This document shows positions 51,401 to 58,300 of a stretch of DNA of 64,000 nucleotides, piece by piece. Origin of the DNA: Candidatus Omnitrophota bacterium (GTDB lineage: Bacteria; Omnitrophota; Gorgyraeia; Zapsychrales; Fredricksoniimonadaceae); contig JAKFXC010000058.1 in the NCBI GenBank assembly GCA_021731625.1, positions 815 to 64,814 on the forward strand. The letters are read 5' to 3'. Under the pieces are notes generated by a model. It saw nothing but the letters and a program-made list of their open reading frames with translations. It searched no databases and was not told the origin of the DNA. The position numbers were made by a program, and so were the translations under genes. Positions within the stretch are counted from its first letter, which is position 1, and the number at the start of each line of letters is the position of its first letter.

Positions 51401-54400
51401 GTTAAGTTTGGCTTGGAGAAAATAGGCGGCTATCTTGGAGAGAAATATTACCTTACATCAGCCGGAGAGGAATATGCTTATCTCGTTACTGATTTTGCCA
51501 TGTACGTTGAGAAAGTTTCAGCCATGCAGGCCGTATCAAAAGCTGCCAGTCCAGCTATGGTAGTTTTCGAAGGCGCTCAGAAAATCACCCCTGAGGAAAT
51601 GGAGGGAGACAGCAAGATTTTAAGCACTTATCTGAAAAAAGAGAACATGGGAGATGTTGACGAAGCTATGAAGTCCAAGGAAACTCAATTGACCCAAATT
51701 ATCAGGGAAAACATTACTGGCAATGTCTCTATCACTTTAAACGAATTGGCTGTAGAGGCGGGGTTTGACGACCCTGCTAATAAAACTTTTCAACGGGTTC
51801 TTCTCAAATACCTTCAAACGATACCTAAAACTATTCTTCATGAACATGTTTCCGGCGTTATTTTCCCGGAAGATTTAATTAGATACTTTTTGGATGATGA
51901 ACCCTCCAAAGAAGAATTTACTGCTGATGAACGTCAAAACAGATTGGAAGCCCGCCGTGAAGCCAGACGGCGATTTGTTTTAACCGTTGATTCCCGCAGA
52001 AGCGGGATCGATTTGCAAGCCAACCCAGTGAATCCCAATAATAGTCAAGAAGAAGCAGACCGTGCTTTTCGAGAGATTTTGGAACTGCCCCAGAAAGTTC
52101 CACTAACTTTAAACGACATTAATTTGCCTAATACCGTTAAAAAACTGAAAATTTTTGTAACCTATAAAGATAAAAATGTCGATTGGAATAACTTTGAACG
52201 CGCTTTTGCTGTTATTAAAACTGTAACAGATGCGCACCCAAGATTTCGCTATGAACTCTTAAGAGAAGGTGTATTGCGGCATTTTAATCAAGACAATGTC
52301 CGTAATCTTGAATTAACCGATTTTCATAGCCAGTCGCTGGGAGAGCTCTTGAAAGAATTGGTTTCCATTGAACAGCAGCTTCATGGGGCAATGACATTGT
52401 CGGTTTTGAAAGCTTTTCGGAAAGATTATTTGGAACGGGTTTTAAAGCAGGCTGAAAAAAATGAGGACTATAGACAAGAAGTGTTTAAGCGGTATCAGGG
52501 GCAGTCATTGGATGAGGTTAAAGAAAGCATTTTCAGAGAAACTTTAAAAATGGACCAACAGTATTTTAAATTGGATCGGGAGAAAATAAAAAAAGAATTC
52601 GAGGAGGCCATCGAGCAGATCAAAGAGAATCTTAACATAGAAAAGAAGGAACAAGTCACTTTAGAAGATTTACGCAATCGGCTTATATTTGCCCTTGAGG
52701 CCCGTAAGTTAGCTTTGAAAGAAGCCAAAGATTTCGAGACAGATCTTAATCGACTAGAACTTAACGAGCCGCTCTTGCGTAAGCGTATCGGCGGTATCAG
52801 CAGCATCGGAAATGAAACAGGCTATATCAATTGGGTCGGCTCTCCTATTTTGCGTAACGCCCGCCGGATTGGGTTAAAGATTTCTTCCCATATGGGAGAA
52901 GTTTGGGAACCGAGCCAGTATGTGACGTCTTTAAAACGCATTAAATATGAAATTGAAAATGGGGTTAACCGACTCGCTCACGTGACGGTATTAGGATTGG
53001 ACTATGGACCATCAACGCGCATCCCAATATCTGAACCGGAGCGAATCGACGCTCAAAAACTTCAGGAAGAAATATTTAGTCTCCTGCTGCGGAATAATAT
53101 TCATATTGAACTTCAGCCAACCAGTCAAATCATTACCTCTGCCGATTTTAACGATTACAAAGGTCACATCATTAGGAAATTTTTTAAAATGAACAAAAAT
53201 GGCAGTGGTCTAAGTTTTTCTATTAATCCTGATGACAGCAGCATCTTCGATACCTCTTCCTCGCAAGAAGAACTTGCTGTTTGGCTCGCCAACCCGGAAC
53301 TTCCCTATTCAGTTCTGAGTCAAACGTTTCTTATGGCTAATGATGCCAGATTTTATGAGTCACCCCGCCGGGTCAAAAGACGATTGAGGAATGAACGGCG
53401 AAAGGTTTGGGCAGCGATCAAAGGTTTTAATAAACCCATTCAACGTCCCGCTATCGTAGTCATTGGGAGCGCGCGTATCCCTGATGGCGGTCCACAAGAA
53501 GAGACAGGACGAGAAATTGGGAAATTGGCTTGGGAAAATAGTACAGCGATCAAAACCGGAGGCGGTCCGGCAGCTATGAAGTGGCCTTTGGAAGAGTTCA
53601 TTAAGTCTAGAGAAGACCGTTTCAGAGCCCTGCGCAAACGAGGCTTATCTATACCTGACAACGTTCCAGTTCAGTCCATTAATGTGTTGGTGAATACGTT
53701 CGAACCCGAAAATAAATCTCTGGAACAAAATTATATGTTTCGCCATTTTGTATTCCGGAAATTAGGGCTACATTTAAACGCGCTAGGGCTTATCGGCATT
53801 CATGGCGGTCTAGGAACATGGGATGAAATTTTTGAAGGCTGGCGGCGTCGACGGGAAATATCGTTGATCGGAGAAAGTTACTATAAGCCTATTCTTGATG
53901 TGTTAAAAGATCGCTGGGAATTTGCGGGATTACTAGATCGTGTGGACTACTGGCCATTTGTGACTAACAGCAGCGAGGAAGCCTTTTATCACATCCTTGA
54001 CCATGCCGATAAACACAGAGTCATAATTCCAACTCAGAAACAAACAATGGCAGTCATCAAAGAAATGGAAAACGGCATCGACAAATTATCCGCGCTACCA
54101 CGGGCGGTCGTTATTCTGGGAAAGCCGGAAGATAATGCGTATGGACGGACGGTTCTTAATCAACTCAATGGTATTATTTCTCCGATTTTTAAGATGAAGG
54201 TTCCTGTCCGTATTGCTAGCCGTGGAATTATTTTGGGATCGGTTCTTAAGCAGGCACAGCAGCTTCGAGCGGAGTCGGTTTTGCAAGCTGTTCTGTATAA
54301 GAAAGAGGAAGTCGAGGGGCTTGTCCCAAGCGAACAGTATGTCAAACAGCATTTACCAGGGCAAACCCTATTTCTCGAAGATGATTCTAATCACCAGCTG

Positions 54401-54967
54401 CTGCTGACGTATGATGCGCGTGGTTATATTGTTTTGCCTGGGGTAGTTGGAATATTCAATAAACTTTTTGATATTGTGGTGGCCATGCAAACCGGCAGTA
54501 TACGCCGTAAACCAATTATTTTGGTGGGGCGTGAATTTTGGGAACCGATTTTAAAAATTTTGAAACAAACAATGGAGAATTATGACCCACCTTTAGTGTC
54601 TAAAGGCGATTTTGAATTGATGACAATTATTGATACACCTCAAGAGGCCACTGAAGAATTGGCCTTAAACGGCATTGGTGAAAGGACCGATGCCGCGATG
54701 ATGGGGACAGGAAACCGGGCCATGAACGACACCATCCATACAGGCCGAAAGCAAGACTTTGGCGGTATTGATCTTCAGGCGGACAAAATAAATCTGCACC
54801 GCCAAAATGATGGGCAAGAAATCAACGTTCATGCTGACCCAGCCATGATCGAGCAATTTCAAAACGCCCCCGGCTTTGTGCCGGTCATCATTAATATTCG
54901 CCCCCTGACAGATATTCGTATGTTCCTTGGCATCAATAAAGATCAGACCCACCCTAAAACAGGGTAA
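48470..54967 (+). CDS. Giant modular exported protein: conserved N domain, unknown domain, adenosine deaminase-like domain, two LOG-like domains, conserved GGIDL C domain
   Basis: N/C homology to 4968-8183; IPKTILHEH, HMGE, RLAH, NPDD (ADA); GSAR, TGGGP, RK, GGLGTWDE (LOG); start may be 48509. Confidence 0.85.
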   Translation: MHTLYCIRKLITRMRTDFKSLLFSRTLCLGLCLLIAIGQGPVYAQTLFINSLPPPGDMLSLSADFTPVVLRGVVVHPDKPLNFDFVIDAGNHTTDPKILRTEGERMVKYFLAALTVPSKDLWVNLSPYEHERIISKELGDTELGRDMLAQDYVLKQLTASLIYPERGLGKKFWDKVYDQARTRYGVTNIPMQTFNKVWITPASAEIYEKDNTVYVTKARLKVKLDEDFRSLTRNKINTTGAHALTPQVLRQVIIPALEKEVNEGKNFASLRQIYHATILAKWYRQAITKSLLSRFYIDKNKIKGIDLDDKTIKEQIYERYIRAYKKGVFNYIKETPMPNGQLAPRKYFSGGISQLDQIPFDHAQTVEIPTQPHFVMNVELDAPAIANPAMTPDLNFAMTSFWDDFALDRPVDSLVQGILYMESRLIPGPHYEMEWGMRQRIIDALGILNQRLKKKGGKRTVDFLKALLRENSPVYEKNPDVQETIGRVLVFLDQEAGKQVTEDHRLLKEALQIIYPNLPKKSIDQIYGNLEREDSQVSENDMKIYTLFKNRKSDLLLRNQFVLDRIFSLPGEELENLIKNFKEIDSLFAHSGLVDPLGEYVQLAYLMEMILPDVAVNYLKGLYFKNGGIKVVMRFLDSKRSFLLNDGAWMELRKLLRKMKELNGKSRTYKLDTNFYKMLNLASAFLDLGGPEKLSAALESVVPSKNQIDVAKQMESILLKQMAEFLNITSISIKPNIQEKLYMPYLSRIRVALKYIKDEKPWKLDRFKALIRATLEDRFWNFIEDESQSDEEGAEIAQHNKGVRKALAKVGINVDRWLGKQLESRLPEERFTFGQNSFIIRPIFRRPGYDVFLGDFTNCSVGMSSNQYPDGMMERLIDEGLNTIEVIDESTQKPTAAAWLFVAEDGSVVIQNLEANTNYESDPSLKNYLGEQMVAYTMKFANHVGTNLLLIGDAVHGKYWEQRGKAGFVIDHYGKNKVKFGLEKIGGYLGEKYYLTSAGEEYAYLVTDFAMYVEKVSAMQAVSKAASPAMVVFEGAQKITPEEMEGDSKILSTYLKKENMGDVDEAMKSKETQLTQIIRENITGNVSITLNELAVEAGFDDPANKTFQRVLLKYLQTIPKTILHEHVSGVIFPEDLIRYFLDDEPSKEEFTADERQNRLEARREARRRFVLTVDSRRSGIDLQANPVNPNNSQEEADRAFREILELPQKVPLTLNDINLPNTVKKLKIFVTYKDKNVDWNNFERAFAVIKTVTDAHPRFRYELLREGVLRHFNQDNVRNLELTDFHSQSLGELLKELVSIEQQLHGAMTLSVLKAFRKDYLERVLKQAEKNEDYRQEVFKRYQGQSLDEVKESIFRETLKMDQQYFKLDREKIKKEFEEAIEQIKENLNIEKKEQVTLEDLRNRLIFALEARKLALKEAKDFETDLNRLELNEPLLRKRIGGISSIGNETGYINWVGSPILRNARRIGLKISSHMGEVWEPSQYVTSLKRIKYEIENGVNRLAHVTVLGLDYGPSTRIPISEPERIDAQKLQEEIFSLLLRNNIHIELQPTSQIITSADFNDYKGHIIRKFFKMNKNGSGLSFSINPDDSSIFDTSSSQEELAVWLANPELPYSVLSQTFLMANDARFYESPRRVKRRLRNERRKVWAAIKGFNKPIQRPAIVVIGSARIPDGGPQEETGREIGKLAWENSTAIKTGGGPAAMKWPLEEFIKSREDRFRALRKRGLSIPDNVPVQSINVLVNTFEPENKSLEQNYMFRHFVFRKLGLHLNALGLIGIHGGLGTWDEIFEGWRRRREISLIGESYYKPILDVLKDRWEFAGLLDRVDYWPFVTNSSEEAFYHILDHADKHRVIIPTQKQTMAVIKEMENGIDKLSALPRAVVILGKPEDNAYGRTVLNQLNGIISPIFKMKVPVRIASRGIILGSVLKQAQQLRAESVLQAVLYKKEEVEGLVPSEQYVKQHLPGQTLFLEDDSNHQLLLTYDARGYIVLPGVVGIFNKLFDIVVAMQTGSIRRKPIILVGREFWEPILKILKQTMENYDPPLVSKGDFELMTIIDTPQEATEELALNGIGERTDAAMMGTGNRAMNDTIHTGRKQDFGGIDLQADKINLHRQNDGQEINVHADPAMIEQFQNAPGFVPVIINIRPLTDIRMFLGINKDQTHPKTG

Positions 54968-55083
54968 AGTTAGCGGCAAGTCCTGGCCCTTCTTACCGTA
55001 AGTCCTTTAAATTCAATAGGCATCAAAGTCGCCCGGTAGGTCGCAAGGATCATATTCCCTGGCTGACATTGCTTTGAGGCATG

Positions 55084-55248
55084 TTCTTACTCGTAGTAAG
55101 AAAGTAACGAGGTAAGGAATGGCAGAAGGTACAGAAATTAGCTTCGGCTAGCAGCCCTCGCAGGGTCGGATTTTGCTATAACAAAATCCGGGAACACAGA
55201 TTCTTAAATTAAATACGGGCAGTCCTTAAGTGGGCTGCCCGTTTTTTT
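55084..55248 (+). ncRNA. Candidate structured leader RNA ending in an intrinsic terminator
   Basis: Hairpins at 55084-55102, 55139-55150 (UUCG loop), 55155-55165, 55167-55190; terminator 55215-55248. Confidence 0.45.
55215..55248 (+). terminator. Intrinsic terminator
   Basis: ACGGGCAGTCC-TTAAGT-GGGCTGCCCGT-TTTTTT. Confidence 0.85.
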
Positions 55249-55353
55249 GTGTAAAAGAATTGCTTAAAAGGTTGAATCCAGTTTCAAACGATACTAGGAT
55301 GATTATAGTTCAAAGTCTTTAATAGAATATTTTAATTTCTTTTGGAGAAAACA

Positions 55354-58300
55354 ATGTTCAAATTTCTTCTTATTGTATTATTCTGGGTGGTCAATTTTTC
55401 GAATGTTAATACTTATGCCCAGAGTACCACGTCACCGCTTGCCATTGAGGAGCAAGAAGTTAAAAAGATCAATAATGAATTGATCAATGACCGAAAAGTA
55501 TATAAGAGGAACCCTAGAAATAAGGACCATAAAAAACGCATGGAGCGTAAGTTGCACAAACGAAGAGAAAAGATTCTAAGACTCATGCAAGAGAATCCCG
55601 ATTTACTTAAGAGAATTGCTATGAGTGATCAAGAATCAGCGGATTTGCCCCCGGATTTTCAAAATTTGGTTGAGCGTCGTGTCAAAGAAGAAGGCGCTAT
55701 GGAAGTGATTGTTGAGGATCGCAATGACGGGGCAGTTGTGCATCAGTTTTTAAGGACCCGCAAAGGCCGGAAATTTAAAATGTTTTTGCCTAAAAATATG
55801 AAGTCAAAATTTCTTTCAGGGACCAAGGTGCGTTTTGAAGCCTATCAATTGGATGATCATATGGCCTATAGTGGAAGTCCTGATCAATCGGTTCAAGTTC
55901 TATCAACTCCAGATTCAAAAGTGTTGGGAGAGCAACGGTTATTGGTTGTTATGGCTAATTTTATAGATGGAGGTCCTCAAGGTTGGCAACCGGATGTGGT
56001 CAACAATATCGTTTTTAACGAAGTTAATAATTTTTTTAAAGAAGTATCTTATAATAAAATATGGTTAACTGGTGAGACTAAAGGTTGGATAACATTGCCG
56101 ATGACCTATGAACAAGGTAAATGTCGATTGACAAGTGATGGAAGGGTAGATGAAAATTATAATCGCACAATCCGGAACAAAATTATTAATGAAATTATTC
56201 GAATCATAGATCCCCAGGTGAATTTTCATGATTTTTCACGTATTTTAATAATTTATCCGTATGAAGCTTATGTTTGTGGTTATGCGGGGATTTCCTCATT
56301 AGGTAAAGCTGATCTTGAAACAGCAGATGGTTGGGTCAAGGCTTCTTTGGCTATTGTGTTGACGCAAGCGCCATCGACATCTCTGATTGCACATGAGTTA
56401 GGGCATAGTTTTGGGGTAATGCATGCAAATAACTTAGAATGTGATAATGTCAGTATTGGCACAAGCCCGCCTTGTTATAACATTGAATATGGAGATACCG
56501 GGGATATCATGGGTAGATCAGGTATTTTTCACTTTAATGCAGCGCATAAGGATACATTAGGTTGGTTTTCTCCTTCAAATTTAGCATTGTTTGATACGGT
56601 TGGGACAAATCATTACACGATTAAACCTATAGAAATACCCACCAATGAGCTTCAAGCTTTAAAAATATTACGAGGGCAAGGTTCTCACTTTTATATAGAA
56701 AATCGAAAACCTATTGGTTTTGATATGACCAATAGATTAAATGGTGCTGCTATACATATGGCCTCAGATGTTGTTTTAGGCTCGCATTTATTAGATATGA
56801 CCCCAAAATCTCAAGGGAGTCTGGAAGATTTAAATGATGCTGTATTAAATGTTGGAAAAGTTTTTTATGATCCGGTGGGTCAAATTACGATGGAAACCTT
56901 AAGTGACACATTCCAAGATCTTCAAGTTCAAGTTAAGGTAGATCCTGACACTAATCCGCCGCAAGTTGCTATTGACACGGAAAATACAAAAAGAATGGAC
57001 TATGACCTAAATGCCGTGCAAGTACAAGTTAATTTTTTTGAAAACAGGGGTTTAAAACAAATCGAATTATTTATTGATGATCAATTGTATCAAACCTCAA
57101 CGAATTTTAGTCCTACTAGTGATCAAGTTTCAGAAAGGTTTTATTGGCAAACAACTCAATATAACGAAGGCCCGCATCGATTGGTTGCAAAAGCAACAGA
57201 TTTAGTAGGCAATCAAGCCGTGTCAGCACCAATGATTTTTCAACTTAGTAAAGCCAATACGAATCATGATCCAATAGTACGGGTGTCGGGAAATACAACG
57301 GCGTCCGTTGGCCAGTGGATTTCATTGTTTGCCATCCCAGAAGATGCTGATGTTAACGATTTTCCTTTTGTATCGTATGAGATATCCAAAGAAGGAATTC
57401 AACCATCCACGAATTTAGGTGATGAAATATTTTATTCATTATTAGGGGATGTTGATGCCAGCCAGTTATTGGACAATCGGGATGAAGAGTTTCTAGCCAA
57501 ACATTTAAGTAATCCAGTACAATTTCCTTTGACGGAAAAGCAAAAAATATTAGCAGATGTTACCCAAGATGGGTTCATTAATCAAGCTGATTTGGATTTA
57601 ATCCATAAACTTAGTACATATGAAATTATACAAGATGTTCATGTTTTTTTAGCTAAATTAAATCGGACAGGATACTACAAGGTGAATTTCATTGTATCAG
57701 ATAGAAAAAGCTTTGTTTCTAAATTGGTGGATCTTGAAATTACCAATTCATCGGGTGTTTCTACCAATACGCCTCCGGAATTTCAACCAATCGGTGCCCA
57801 ACACGTTCAAGTAGGATCGACATTAACATTTCCTTTGTTGGCAACAGATAGAGATAATGATGCCTTGTTTTATGCGTTGGAAACACCGGTGCCCAATGGA
57901 GCTCTTCTAAACGGGAATATTTTTGCTTGGACCCCGCGTCCTGAGCAAGCGCTTGCTCCTACCAATGTTTATTCTTTGGTGTTTAAAGTGACAGATCAAA
58001 AATCTTCACCCGTTTCGCAACAAATAACCATTACTGTCAACCAGATACCAAATATTCCCAAAAAATCAACTAAAACAACGTTGGCCCTGTTGTCCAATAT
58101 AAATGTGACAGCTGGAGACCCGATAGACATTGTTGCGATCGTTGGTGAAGGCCAAAACCCAACAGGCCATGTTGATTTTTATGAATCAAGTGTTGCCATT
58201 CCTTCTTGTGTTGGCTTGAGATTAAGGGCAGAATCTATTGCCTGCCATCTGCATTCGTTAAATACCGGCGATTATTTTATAACAGCCCAATATTTGGGTG

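Noticed and set aside
52004-52021. Internal GIDLQA matching the start of the conserved C-terminal domain
   Set aside because: Only six residues match, inside the ADA-like domain, with no downstream similarity; probably chance.
55115-55205. Assignment as glycine, T-box or c-di-GMP riboswitch
   Set aside because: Only fragmentary resemblance (GAAGG, CAGG, GGAACAC); the core consensus elements are missing, so it is left unassigned.
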